The notes: generated by a model from the letters alone, not told the origin. A DNA stretch of 46,789 nucleotides from a candidate division WOR-3 bacterium (GCA_039801225.1 JBDRUH010000008.1:1-46789); one strand, 5' to 3'. Positions 37,134-46,789 are shown, numbered from the stretch's first letter. Numbers and translations are program-made.

Positions 37134-38291
37134 ATGACAAAAGGGGTTAAACTAAGGGAGATTGCCGGAGTCTTTGCCAAGGTGGGCACAATTGGTTTTG
37201 GCGGTGGTGTGGGAATGCTGGCGATAATCCGGCAGGAGGTTGTGGAAAAAAGAAAATGGATTGATGACCAAGAACTTTCTACCGCGGTGGCAATGGGACA
37301 GATGCTCCCCGGACCTTTTGTCTCCAATTATGCCGAATATATCGGTTATCGGCTAAGGGGAATAAAAGGGATGATAGCCGCGGTTTCTTTTTTACTTCTG
37401 CCCAGTTTTCTATTGATGTGCCTGTTCGGTTTTATTTATTTCCGTTATGGCAGATTACCTTGGGTAGAGAAGATATTTGCCGGTATTCAACCAATGGTAG
37501 TTAGTATTCTTGTCTGGGCAACCTGGTCAATTGGTAGAGCAAATGTCAAAAACTGGCGCAACGCTATCATCGGTCTAATCTCGGTATTAATGCTTATATT
37601 AAAAATAGATGTCCTTTTAGTTGTTCTATTGTGTGGTTTCCTGGGAATTGTCTTTAATGCCCTCTGGCAGAGGAAAAGGGGTATGACATCCACCTTGGGA
37701 ATCGTTTTTTTGCCATTGCTAATCACCGGTAACAACGCCGTTTTCGGCCTCCCCCTCATTCTTCAGAAGGCAGGTGACTTATCTATAGTTTTTTTAAAGA
37801 TGGGAACGGTGATATTCGGTGGTGGTTTCGCAGCAATCCCATTTCTTCAACACGAAGTGGTGGAGATGCGCCACTGGTTGACAACCAAGGAGTTTATTGA
37901 TGCGGTGGCAATTGGTCAGATGACCCCCGGACCGGTGGCAATTATGGCAACATTTATCGGCTATCGGGTTCTGGGGTTTTTAGGTGCATTGCTCGCCACA
38001 CTCGGGACATTTCTACCTTCCAGTTTAATGCTTTTAGGGTTGATTCACGGCTATGAAAGAGTCAAGACAAATCGGCTGATTCAAGACTTCCTTTCGGGGG
38101 TTCTGCCCGCAGTATGCGGTATGCTTTTAGTCTCCACCTTTTTTATTGCCAAAAACTCAATAACCGGTGTCCTTTCCGCGATTATGGCTATTTTGGCGCT
38201 CGTTTTGCTTTTGCGATTCCGGGTTGAACCGGTCTGGATAATCCTCGCCGGCGCGATTTTAGGGCTAATCCTTCCCATTAGAATACAATAA
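37134..38291 (+). CDS. chrA: Long-chain chromate transporter (CHR family)
   Basis: Two repeats of GFGGG...V....W....F......GQM.PGP. Confidence 0.92.
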   Translation: MTKGVKLREIAGVFAKVGTIGFGGGVGMLAIIRQEVVEKRKWIDDQELSTAVAMGQMLPGPFVSNYAEYIGYRLRGIKGMIAAVSFLLLPSFLLMCLFGFIYFRYGRLPWVEKIFAGIQPMVVSILVWATWSIGRANVKNWRNAIIGLISVLMLILKIDVLLVVLLCGFLGIVFNALWQRKRGMTSTLGIVFLPLLITGNNAVFGLPLILQKAGDLSIVFLKMGTVIFGGGFAAIPFLQHEVVEMRHWLTTKEFIDAVAIGQMTPGPVAIMATFIGYRVLGFLGALLATLGTFLPSSLMLLGLIHGYERVKTNRLIQDFLSGVLPAVCGMLLVSTFFIAKNSITGVLSAIMAILALVLLLRFRVEPVWIILAGAILGLILPIRIQ

Positions 38292-38310
38292 TCAACAAGC
38301 CGATTATCTT

Positions 38311-38339
38311 TTGACCAAGCCACTTCTCCGAGGTAAAAT
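38311..38339 (+). promoter_or_regulatory. sigma70-type promoter (leaderless) of the hydrolase
   Basis: TTGACC-17-TAAAAT-7-ATG(38347). Confidence 0.7.
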
Positions 38340-38346
38340 AAAATTT

Positions 38347-40854
38347 ATGAAATTATCATTCATAATCTGTCTGGTATCCCTGACCGGTTTTGCCTTTCAG
38401 GATGTATCCTACCCTTCCATTCCTGACACTATTTTCATCAATGAGTGGCTACTGTGTGGACCATTTCTTGTTGGCACCCGGGAAGGGGTGACTGAGGCAA
38501 TTGAAGACATTTCCGTCATTGAGCCGAAGGAGGGTGAATCGCTCCGAAGCCCGTTAGTTAAAGGCGGAGTGGTGAAATGGCAAAAGACTCGGGTGGACTC
38601 ATTAGGCTGGTTGGAAACCAATTATGAGAATGTTTGGTGGGATTCAATTCAGGACTATTACGGAATAAGCGGATTAACCTCACTGGGCTATGCCTATGCC
38701 GAAATTGCCTGTTCAACCCGGTGTCGGGCTCTGGCAATTGCCCAGCGTTGTAGTTTTATCCTTAACGGTCGCGGGTATTTAGGTGACATTTATGGTAACG
38801 GCTGGTTTAAAACGCCGGTGGTCTTAGATTCGGGGGTAAACCGATTCATTCTGCGGATATCTGGTTATGGCGACCAAAAGGTCCGGTTTCTCCTCGTTCC
38901 AGCTCCTGAACCAATTATACCGTTAGTTGCTGATGCCACAACTCCAGATATAGTTGCGGACGAGACCACCAACTCCTTTATCGGCATCCCCTTTCTCAAT
39001 ACCACTCTAAAGGTAATTGACAGCATGAAAATAATTATTGCGCTTGATACTATCTCAGTGTTAGAAACAATAGTGAATAATATCCCAATACTTGGTGGGA
39101 AAAAGGTTGCTTTTCCAATAAAACTCTCCCCTATTCCTTATGACTCCAGCCCAATTTCCCTTTATCTCAAAACCAAATGGCGAGATTATCAACGAACCGA
39201 TACCATCAACCTCCGCATCCGAAACCTCACTCAGGGACACAAAATGACATTTTTGTCGGAAATGGACTCATCTTGCCAGTATTATGCCATCCTCTATCCT
39301 AAAGAGTATGACCCGAAGAAAAAGTACGGGTTGATTCTCTCCCTTCATGGTGCCGGAGTTGAGGCGTCAGGTCTTATAGAGTGCTTCAAACCGAAGGATT
39401 GGGCTTTCGTTGTCTGCCCAACAAACCGCCGACCATACGGTTTTGACTGGCAGGATTGGGGAAGGCTTGATGCTCTTGAAGTCCTTAATATCTGTCTGAA
39501 GAAATTTCCTATTGACCCAAACTTAGTTTATCTCACCGGACATTCAATGGGAGGACATGGCACCTGGCATATTGGTCTTGCCCATCCTGACCGATTTGCC
39601 GCAATAGCGCCTGAGGCGGGCTGGCCCTCATTCCCCCTTTATGTGCCCAACTTCCTTCAGCGCAGCATAATATTTTCTGAACCCCAAAAACTGGCGATTC
39701 GGGAGATGGCAACAAGACCGGACAATACTCCGGCATTTATTGAAAATGCCTTCAACCTGCCGATTTTCATCCTTCATGGCGGCAATGATGATAATGTGCC
39801 AACTCTCCATGGAAGAAACTTCGCCCTCTGGCTTGAGGCGCTCGGCTATAACTATCGTTATAAAGAGGTCCCGGGTAAGGGACACTGGTGGAACTACGAT
39901 GATGGCACCGTCTGTGTTGATGACCCGGAATTAATGGAGTTTTTTGCCGCCCATCGTCGTAATCCCGGACCAAAAGAAATAAGATTCCGCACCGCCGATT
40001 TGGGGCAATCGGCTGAATGCTATTGGGTAAAAATTGACCGAGTAAACACAATTGGTAATGATGCGGTGATATACGCCAATGCGACCGACTCATTAATCAC
40101 CATTAAAACCATCAATATCGTCCAGTTAACACTTAATCTTGACCAGGAATTATTTTTCCCCCACCCCATAAGAATAGATATTGATGGAGAGACGGTCGTA
40201 TCGCAGCTCTATCCACCGGCGAGACTCTTTTTCCATAAAACAACTCGGGGATGGAGATTGGGAAAATCAAAGTATAGCAGGTTGCATAAAACGCCCGATG
40301 TTTACGGACCAGCCAAGCAGGTGCTGATGAAACCCTGGATAATTGTTTACGGCACCCTTGATAAGAATATCGCTCTTGACCTGCGCCATGCGGCTACTCA
40401 GGAGGCTTTACGCTGGTGGCTTATTGGTAACGGCACGGTGGAAGTCTTTCCTGATACCTTGGTAGACCTATCAGATAAACGCAATTTGGTTCTCTTGGGC
40501 GGACCAAGTGAAAACCTCCTCACAAAGCAAATTGCCTCTTACTTGCCGATAAAAATAAAAAATAACGAAGTTCAACTGTCCGGGAATTTCTCCGCAAAGG
40601 ACAGTGTTGCGGTAATCTTAACCTACCCAAACCCAATAAATCCTGAAAGACTAGTCCTTATTCGGATGGGCACCAATTCTGCCTCAACGAAACTGTCCCT
40701 TTTCTGGGGAGTTATCGGTTCGGGCACCGCTATCCCCGACTTTATGATATTTGACCGTCGGGTCCGACGGTTTGGCTGGGCCGGGGTAATTGCGGCAGGT
40801 TTTTGGGGACCGGACTGGAATTTTGACCCGCGTTCAACATTTGTTCAGCAATAG
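38347..40854 (+). CDS. Secreted alpha/beta-hydrolase (prolyl oligopeptidase-like)
   Basis: Signal peptide MKLSFIICLVSLTGFA; LSLHGAG, GHSMGG nucleophile, HGGNDDNV, GHWW. Confidence 0.85.
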   Translation: MKLSFIICLVSLTGFAFQDVSYPSIPDTIFINEWLLCGPFLVGTREGVTEAIEDISVIEPKEGESLRSPLVKGGVVKWQKTRVDSLGWLETNYENVWWDSIQDYYGISGLTSLGYAYAEIACSTRCRALAIAQRCSFILNGRGYLGDIYGNGWFKTPVVLDSGVNRFILRISGYGDQKVRFLLVPAPEPIIPLVADATTPDIVADETTNSFIGIPFLNTTLKVIDSMKIIIALDTISVLETIVNNIPILGGKKVAFPIKLSPIPYDSSPISLYLKTKWRDYQRTDTINLRIRNLTQGHKMTFLSEMDSSCQYYAILYPKEYDPKKKYGLILSLHGAGVEASGLIECFKPKDWAFVVCPTNRRPYGFDWQDWGRLDALEVLNICLKKFPIDPNLVYLTGHSMGGHGTWHIGLAHPDRFAAIAPEAGWPSFPLYVPNFLQRSIIFSEPQKLAIREMATRPDNTPAFIENAFNLPIFILHGGNDDNVPTLHGRNFALWLEALGYNYRYKEVPGKGHWWNYDDGTVCVDDPELMEFFAAHRRNPGPKEIRFRTADLGQSAECYWVKIDRVNTIGNDAVIYANATDSLITIKTINIVQLTLNLDQELFFPHPIRIDIDGETVVSQLYPPARLFFHKTTRGWRLGKSKYSRLHKTPDVYGPAKQVLMKPWIIVYGTLDKNIALDLRHAATQEALRWWLIGNGTVEVFPDTLVDLSDKRNLVLLGGPSENLLTKQIASYLPIKIKNNEVQLSGNFSAKDSVAVILTYPNPINPERLVLIRMGTNSASTKLSLFWGVIGSGTAIPDFMIFDRRVRRFGWAGVIAAGFWGPDWNFDPRSTFVQQ

Positions 40855-41781
40855 GTGAATTCGCTGACAATAGAAACCGGAGCAAAAATCAATTTAGGTC
40901 TGTGGGTAGGACCACGGCGGTCTGATGGTTTTCACGAAATCCTTACAACCTTAGTCCCCATTGAGTTCGGTGACCGGCTGCAGATTGAAAAGACAAAAAA
41001 CGGTATTGAAGTAATAACCACCGGAATCAAACTGGATATTCCAAGGGAGAAAAATCTCGCCTATCAGGCGGCGCAACTTTTCTTTAAAACAGCGGGAATC
41101 AAAGCCGGGTGTCGTATCAAAATTCACAAAAGAGTGCCACCCGGTTCTGGTTTAGGTGGGGGCTCAGCAGATGCGGCAACTACCTTAATCGGGTTAAATC
41201 GCCTTTTCCGCTACCCTCTAAGAAAAAAAGTTCTCCATAAACTCACGCTGGAATTGGGAAGCGATGTTCGGTTTTTTTTGTTAAATTCCCCTGCTATTGC
41301 CAGGGGGCGGGGAGAAAAACTCAAGAGAGTTCAAATTCCCCAACTCCTTATTCTGCTCTACTTTCCCGGCTTTGGCATCTCCACCACCTGGGCATATCAG
41401 GCTATTGACCACCAGCGACGAAGATTGACTATGCCTACAATTTCGCCTAAAATTCTGATTAGAAAAATAAGGAAAAGCGAACTGACAGGAGTGGTAGCAC
41501 AGTTGAAGAATAGTTTTGAAACTATTGTTTTCCAACGCTATCCCATATTAAGGAAGGTAAAAAAACTTATGTTAGAAAATGGCTGTTATGCTGCCAGCCT
41601 GTCCGGTTCCGGCAGTGTGGTTTATGGACTTACCCTGACTTCTGCTCCGATGCGTCGGCTGGCAGAACTTGGGATACGCTGTATCCTAACTCGCTCATTA
41701 ATAATGAGGTCGGTAAAATGTAGGGCAAACCTTCAGGTTTGCTTCACTAAACCACCAAAAAGCGAAAAGGACGGCGATTAG
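40855..41781 (+). CDS. ispE: 4-diphosphocytidyl-2-C-methyl-D-erythritol kinase
   Basis: AKINLGL, DGFHEI, K.VP.GSGLGGGSADAA, LGSDV, LSGSGS. Confidence 0.95.
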   Translation: MNSLTIETGAKINLGLWVGPRRSDGFHEILTTLVPIEFGDRLQIEKTKNGIEVITTGIKLDIPREKNLAYQAAQLFFKTAGIKAGCRIKIHKRVPPGSGLGGGSADAATTLIGLNRLFRYPLRKKVLHKLTLELGSDVRFFLLNSPAIARGRGEKLKRVQIPQLLILLYFPGFGISTTWAYQAIDHQRRRLTMPTISPKILIRKIRKSELTGVVAQLKNSFETIVFQRYPILRKVKKLMLENGCYAASLSGSGSVVYGLTLTSAPMRRLAELGIRCILTRSLIMRSVKCRANLQVCFTKPPKSEKDGD

Positions 41782-41794
41782 TGGATTATATCTT

Positions 41795-41867
41795 TGGGGC
41801 GTTGTCTAATCTGGCAGGACACAGGACTTTGGATCCTGGCGTGAAGGTTCGAATCCTTCCGCCCCAG
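41795..41867 (+). tRNA. tRNA-Gln(TTG), CCA not encoded
   Basis: Acceptor TGGGGCG/CGCCCCA, anticodon stem CAGGA/TCCTG with loop CTTTGGA, T-arm GAAGG-TTCGAAT-CCTTC; usual ispE-tRNA-Gln-prs context. Confidence 0.96.
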
Positions 41868-41877
41868 TGTAATAAAG

Positions 41878-42831
41878 ATGGCAAATGATGAAATGAAAGA
41901 AAAATTGAAAATATTTTCTGGGCGGGCTAATCGCCCACTTGCGGAAAAGATCGGCGCTCACTTGGGAATACCATTAGGTGATGCCGAAATCACCAACTTT
42001 GCCGATGGTGAAATTCGAGTAAGTATCAATGAAAGCGTTCGGGGAAAGGATGTTTTCGTCATTCAACCAACCCCACCTCCCGCAGAAAACATTCTTGAAC
42101 TTCTTTTTATGATAGACGCTTTAAAACGCGCCTCTGCCCAACGGGTGACCGCGGTAATACCTTATTATGGTTATGCCCGACAAGACCGAAAGGATAAACC
42201 CCGTGTGCCGCTTTCGGCAAAACTAATTGCCAATCTGCTCACCCGTGCCGGGGTTGACCGGATATTGACCATGGAACTTCACGCTGAACAGATTCAGGCT
42301 TTTTTTGACATCCCGGTTGACCATCTCTACGCTACGCCAGTTTTAGTGGAATATTATCAAAATGATACCACTAACCTGGTAATCGTCGCACCTGATACCG
42401 GTAGGGCAAATCGTGCCCGGGGTTTTGCCCAGCGTTTGGGAAATCAGATTCCATTGGCAATTATTGATAAACGCCGGAGCGAACCCAATCAAGTTGAAGC
42501 CTTGCGGGTAGTGGGTGATGTTACGGGACTGACCGCCCTGATCTTTGATGATATGATCGATACCGGTGGCACCATCCTTAAAGCAACCGAGGCGCTACTC
42601 GCTGCCGGAGCAAAAACTGTCCGGGTAACTGCCACCCACGGACTTTTTTCCCATGGAGCGGTCAGTTCTCTTGCCAATTCACCTTTAACCGAAGTTGTTA
42701 TCACGGATACAATCTTCCAGCCTCTGGAAAAACAGCATCCCAAGATAAAAATTCTCTCGGTTGCCCCGCTTCTTGCCGAAGCGATTCTAAACATCCACCT
42801 TGAAAAGTCGGTTAGTTCATTATTTATTTAA
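41878..42831 (+). CDS. prs: Ribose-phosphate pyrophosphokinase
   Basis: FADGEI.V.INESVRG, PYYGYARQDRK, DDMIDTGGT, ATHG. Confidence 0.98.
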   Translation: MANDEMKEKLKIFSGRANRPLAEKIGAHLGIPLGDAEITNFADGEIRVSINESVRGKDVFVIQPTPPPAENILELLFMIDALKRASAQRVTAVIPYYGYARQDRKDKPRVPLSAKLIANLLTRAGVDRILTMELHAEQIQAFFDIPVDHLYATPVLVEYYQNDTTNLVIVAPDTGRANRARGFAQRLGNQIPLAIIDKRRSEPNQVEALRVVGDVTGLTALIFDDMIDTGGTILKATEALLAAGAKTVRVTATHGLFSHGAVSSLANSPLTEVVITDTIFQPLEKQHPKIKILSVAPLLAEAILNIHLEKSVSSLFI

Positions 42832-42840
42832 AGGAGAGTT

Positions 42841-43551
42841 ATGCCCAATACAATCAAAGCAAGAATTAGAACAGAAATCAGAAAAAGTAAAGTTCGGAAA
42901 ATTCGCCGGGCAGGTGAACTCCCGGCGGTGATGTATGGTCATGGCGACCCTTCTGTTCCACTATCAATTTCTGCACATCAGTTCAGTAAACTCCTTAAAG
43001 ACCTCAAGGGACAAGCACCAATAGTGGATGTGGAAATTGAAGAACACGGCAGATTTTCCTGCGTGATCAAGGCGATTCAACGCAATCCCATTGATGGTTC
43101 ATTTATGTCGGTAGACTTTCAGAAAGTTCATCCCAATGAACGAATAACAATGAATGTGCCGGTAATTTTAACCGGAGTGGCAATTGGCGTAAAAGAAGGG
43201 GGTATTCTGGAACAAATACTGCGAGAAATTCCTGTGCGCGCGACAATAGATAAAATCCCCCAGCATTTTGAAATTGATATTACAAATCTAAAAATGGGGC
43301 ACAGCATCCACATCTCCGACCTCAAATACCCGGAAATTGAATTCACCATTCCTCCTGAGTCGCCGATTGTTACAATTCTTGCTCCCCGCAAAATCACCGC
43401 GGTCGTAGAAGCACCCGCTGCCGCTGAGGCACCAACTGAACCCGAAGTAATCAAAGAAAAGAAGGCGGTTGAAGAAACAGCCGGTTCACAAAAGGAGGAG
43501 AAAGGCAAACCGACTGCGGAAGAGAAGAAAAAAGAAGAAAAAAAACATTAA
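42841..43551 (+). CDS. rplY: 50S ribosomal protein L25/Ctc
   Basis: R..G.LPAVMYG, VDFQ, GVKEGGIL, acidic/Lys-rich tail; prs-rplY-pth order. Confidence 0.96.
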   Translation: MPNTIKARIRTEIRKSKVRKIRRAGELPAVMYGHGDPSVPLSISAHQFSKLLKDLKGQAPIVDVEIEEHGRFSCVIKAIQRNPIDGSFMSVDFQKVHPNERITMNVPVILTGVAIGVKEGGILEQILREIPVRATIDKIPQHFEIDITNLKMGHSIHISDLKYPEIEFTIPPESPIVTILAPRKITAVVEAPAAAEAPTEPEVIKEKKAVEETAGSQKEEKGKPTAEEKKKEEKKH

Positions 43552-43552
43552 A

Positions 43553-44182
43553 ATGACCATCTTCGGTCTGGGCAACCCTACCGCTGTTTACGCCAACACC
43601 CGTCATAACCTCGGTTTTATGGTATTAGACCTCATCGCTCAGCGACTAAGGACGAGGTTCCATCATCTTCCAGGAAAATTTATTGCCCGGACACAATTTG
43701 CCGGCACCAAACTGACACTTATTAAACCTCTGCTCTATATGAATGAATCTGGAGTGGTTGTCCGGGAACACCTTGCCGAAGAACCCGATGATTTTCTTGT
43801 TGTTGTGGATGACATTGCCCTTCCCTTTGGAAGACTGCGACTTAGACCGCATGGGTCTGACGGCGGGCACAAAGGGCTGGCTTCAATCATTTACCATCTT
43901 GGTTCCAACAAATTTCCTCGTCTGCGGATAGGTATTTGTCCGCCAACCCCGATTAAAGGCTCCATAACAGAATATGTGCTTTCCCCTTTTACTAAAGAGG
44001 AATCAAAACTTTTACCCCAAATCCTTGAACGGGCGGCGGATGCTTGTCTTTTTGTAATCAGTGAAGGCTTAGACCAAGCAATGAACCGATTTAACTCTAC
44101 CGTCATCCGTCACGGAACACGGGGCACGGTCACGGACTACGGTCTTCCGCACTATGAAAATTGGTATTGTCGGTCTGCCTAA
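43553..44182 (+). CDS. pth: Peptidyl-tRNA hydrolase
   Basis: GLGNP...Y..TRHNLGF, KP..YMNESG, GSDGGHKG, RLRIGI; start set at ATG 43553. Confidence 0.96.
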   Translation: MTIFGLGNPTAVYANTRHNLGFMVLDLIAQRLRTRFHHLPGKFIARTQFAGTKLTLIKPLLYMNESGVVVREHLAEEPDDFLVVVDDIALPFGRLRLRPHGSDGGHKGLASIIYHLGSNKFPRLRIGICPPTPIKGSITEYVLSPFTKEESKLLPQILERAADACLFVISEGLDQAMNRFNSTVIRHGTRGTVTDYGLPHYENWYCRSA

Positions 44183-45212
44183 TATAGGGAAAACCTCGCT
44201 TTTTAACCTCCTCACCGGTTGCCAGGCTCGCGTAGACCTGTTTCCATTTACCACTATTGAAAAAAATGTCGGAGTAGTGGCTGTTCCAGACGAAAGATTG
44301 GAGCAGATTGCCCGAATAGTTAAACCCCGGATAGTTACCCCAGCCCATATCAATTTTGTGGACATTGCCGGACTGGTTAAAGGTGCCAGTCAGGGAGAAG
44401 GCTTAGGAAATAGGTTCCTTGCCCATATTCGTGAAGCCGACCTGATTCTCCACCTTGTGCGCAACTTCAACGCCCCAAACATTCCCCACATCCTTGGAAC
44501 GGTTGACCCGGATAGAGATGTGGAAATTGTGGAGAGCGAACTGGCGCTCGCTGACCTTGCCATCGTAGAAAAAAGGTTAGAATCTGTTAAAAAGGAAGCA
44601 CCTTCTAAGGAGAGAGATTGCCTGGTTACTGCGCTAAAAAAACTTCTTGACCAACTTGAGAAAGGCTTTCACAAACCAGAACTTAGTTTAGAGGAACAAC
44701 AGGTGGTAAAAAACTTAAACCTTTTTATCCTCAAGCCGATAGTTTACGCCGTCAACTCCTCTGATACCGAACCTTTTGACCTGTCCAATTTTCCACTTCT
44801 CGCCTCCCGTAACCCGGTTGTTTTCTCGGCTGAACTGGAGAAAAACCTTTTCGCCTTCTCCGAGTCAGAGAAAGTAGAACTTCGGCAAAGTCTCAATCTA
44901 ACACCGGAGGGGCCACAAGCAATTATAAAAAGATGCTTTTCTCTACTCAACCTCATTCGCTTTTATACTATCAAAGGCGAGGAGTCCCGTGCTTGGTCAG
45001 CACCCTACGGTTCCACCGCATTAGATGCCGCTTTTATGATTCACACCGATATCGGAAAGGGATTTATTAAAGCAGAGGTGGTTTCTTTTTCAGACCTTAT
45101 TGCGGCGGGCGGATTCCTTGAAGCGCATAGTGCCGGCAAAGTGAAAATTGAAGGCAAGAGTTATCAGATCCAGGATGGTGATGTTCTGCTTATTAGGTTC
45201 AAACCTCATTAA
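44154..45212 (+). CDS. ychF: Redox-regulated ATPase YchF
   Basis: GIVGLPN.GK, FPFTTIE.N.G, DIAGLVKGASQGEGLGN.FL, IHTD..KGFIKAEV, Y..QDGD. Confidence 0.95.
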   Translation: MKIGIVGLPNIGKTSLFNLLTGCQARVDLFPFTTIEKNVGVVAVPDERLEQIARIVKPRIVTPAHINFVDIAGLVKGASQGEGLGNRFLAHIREADLILHLVRNFNAPNIPHILGTVDPDRDVEIVESELALADLAIVEKRLESVKKEAPSKERDCLVTALKKLLDQLEKGFHKPELSLEEQQVVKNLNLFILKPIVYAVNSSDTEPFDLSNFPLLASRNPVVFSAELEKNLFAFSESEKVELRQSLNLTPEGPQAIIKRCFSLLNLIRFYTIKGEESRAWSAPYGSTALDAAFMIHTDIGKGFIKAEVVSFSDLIAAGGFLEAHSAGKVKIEGKSYQIQDGDVLLIRFKPH

Positions 45213-45224
45213 ATCAAAGAGGTA

Positions 45225-46789
45225 ATGATAAAGCACAACATTTCTGCGGTAGCGGTGCTGGTTTTGGGTATTGTGTTTTTTGCGCTGGCCCAGGTGGATA
45301 CCGCCTGGGTAAGGAGGTGGGATGGTCCGGCACATTGCAGTGACTGGGCACAGGGTCTGGCACTGGACTCCAGCGGCAATGTGCTGGTCACCGGTGTTAC
45401 TTGCACCGACACTATTTCCGGTCACTACGACTTCATCACGCTGAAATACAGCCCTGATGGAGAACTTCTCTGGGCTCGGCAGTATGGCACGCCCGATGCC
45501 CTTGACCGTCCTTATGCGATTGCCTGCGACCGGGAAGGGAATGTATATGTTACAGGTGAGGCAGAACTCGGGAATGCCAAGCTGGTGACAATTGCTTACA
45601 GTCCTTCGGGGCAACTTCTTTGGGTCCGTTCCTTTGAATTCACATATCCGGGCAGGGATATAGGAGTGGATCGACAGGGGAATATTCTGGTGTGCAGTTA
45701 TGTGCGGCGTGTCAATGAGGATTGGATTACAATCAAGTATCGCCCGAATGGTGATACCGCCTGGGTAAGGTTTTACGATACTGGTTATGAGTATGACCAG
45801 GCAAGGGCTTTAGCAATAGGACCTGGTGATGAGGTGTGTGTTGGTGGAGTGTGTTATATAAATCCTCCTGGCGGAGACTACCTGATACTCAAGTATGACA
45901 GCACCGGGAAGCAGCTTTGGGTTGCACGCTACAATGGCCCGCAGACGGGAAATGATCATTTAGAGGACATAGCTATGGACGACGAGGGCAATGTAGTGGT
46001 AACCGGCTGGGGTGACAAGGGGTACGGGACGGATCCTGACTACCTGACCATCAAGTATAACTATAAGGGTGAGACTTGCTGGGTGCGGCGGTTCAACGGG
46101 TCGGCAAATGGGCGGGATGTGGCGACGGCGGTAAAAGTGGATAATGACGGCTCCGTCTTTGTGACGGGGTACAGTTTAGGAGAAGGTACCGACGACGATT
46201 ATATTACTATCAAGTACAGTCCTAAGGGTGGGGTCTGTTGGGTGAGGCGATACAATGGTCCAGCAAATGGGCTAGACCAAGCGTTCGCAATAGCCGTTGA
46301 CCAGCAAGGGAATGCCTATGTTACTGGTGGCGTCAGGATATCGCTGCCGCACACTGCTGCTTGTCTCACCATCAAGTATAACCCGGATGGAGACACGGCC
46401 TGGACTGCCGCTTACTCTGCGCCGGCGGGTAAGGTTGTATATGGGCAGGCAGTGATAGTTGACAGTAGGGGTTGCGTGTATGTTGCGGGCATATACGACT
46501 ACGACATCTTGACCATTAAGTATGTGCAGGGTGGTGGGGTTGAGGAACAGAGAACGCTGGATGGAAGGAAACTGACCTTTGCGGCAAAGCCCAATCCGTT
46601 CAAAGGGCTAACCGCAATCAGCATACCGCTCTCAGCCCAGGGCAGAACAAAGGTGGGGATATTTGATGTTTCCGGTCGGGTAGTTAAGACATTGGTTGAT
46701 GGGCTATTGCCGGCTGGTGTTTACTCTTTCGTTTGGGATGGAACAGACATCAATGGTCGCCGGGCTCCAGCAGGCGTTTATATGATTCT
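45225..46789 (+). CDS. Secreted SBBP-repeat beta-propeller protein with C-terminal FlgD-Ig/T9SS-type CTD, 3'-partial (absent from ORF track)
   Basis: SD AGAGGT; MIKHNISAVAVLVLGIVFFALA-QVDTAWVRR; repeats 'D..GNV.VTG...D..TIKY...G...W.RRY'; ends PNPF...IFDVSGRVVKTL...WDGTD..G....AGVY; start and end are in the same frame. Confidence 0.9.
   Translation, partial: MIKHNISAVAVLVLGIVFFALAQVDTAWVRRWDGPAHCSDWAQGLALDSSGNVLVTGVTCTDTISGHYDFITLKYSPDGELLWARQYGTPDALDRPYAIACDREGNVYVTGEAELGNAKLVTIAYSPSGQLLWVRSFEFTYPGRDIGVDRQGNILVCSYVRRVNEDWITIKYRPNGDTAWVRFYDTGYEYDQARALAIGPGDEVCVGGVCYINPPGGDYLILKYDSTGKQLWVARYNGPQTGNDHLEDIAMDDEGNVVVTGWGDKGYGTDPDYLTIKYNYKGETCWVRRFNGSANGRDVATAVKVDNDGSVFVTGYSLGEGTDDDYITIKYSPKGGVCWVRRYNGPANGLDQAFAIAVDQQGNAYVTGGVRISLPHTAACLTIKYNPDGDTAWTAAYSAPAGKVVYGQAVIVDSRGCVYVAGIYDYDILTIKYVQGGGVEEQRTLDGRKLTFAAKPNPFKGLTAISIPLSAQGRTKVGIFDVSGRVVKTLVDGLLPAGVYSFVWDGTDINGRRAPAGVYMI

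Noticed and set aside
145..45614. Numerous short antisense or alternate-frame ORFs inside long genes
   Set aside because: Shadow ORFs of well-supported genes with no recognisable motifs

Overview
Bacterial chromosomal window made mostly of housekeeping genes. They include ftsY, smc, an ECF sigma/zinc anti-sigma/Spy-CpxP cluster, a RecJ-like nuclease, an RlmI-like methyltransferase, GT4 and deacetylase genes, a heterodimeric ABC exporter, thiL, nrdR-nrdD, Rne/Rng with a radical SAM gene, ChrA, ispE-tRNA-Gln-prs-rplY-pth-ychF, and a truncated SBBP/CTD protein. PorV-like and CTD-bearing proteins suggest an FCB-related lineage such as WOR-3 (inference only). I saw no CRISPR array, prophage, transposase or reverse transcriptase. 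The unexplained signal is non-coding. (1) A dispersed 0.4-0.9 kb composite element occurs at about 10.35-10.8 kb and 33.77-34.37 kb, with an inverted divergent copy at about 18.9-19.4 kb; its 235-bp core aligns without gaps (about 81% identity by hand count). (2) Nested REP/RPE-like palindromes are attached to that core and also sit in frame inside proteins. (3) A textbook-shaped Xer dif site lies at 11858-11885. (4) The Spy/CpxP gene has a structured 3' UTR carrying an anti-Shine-Dalgarno loop. (5) DnaA and NrdR boxes precede nrdR-nrdD. (6) Leaderless sigma70 promoter geometry recurs. All gene calls come from motif recognition, not database searches.
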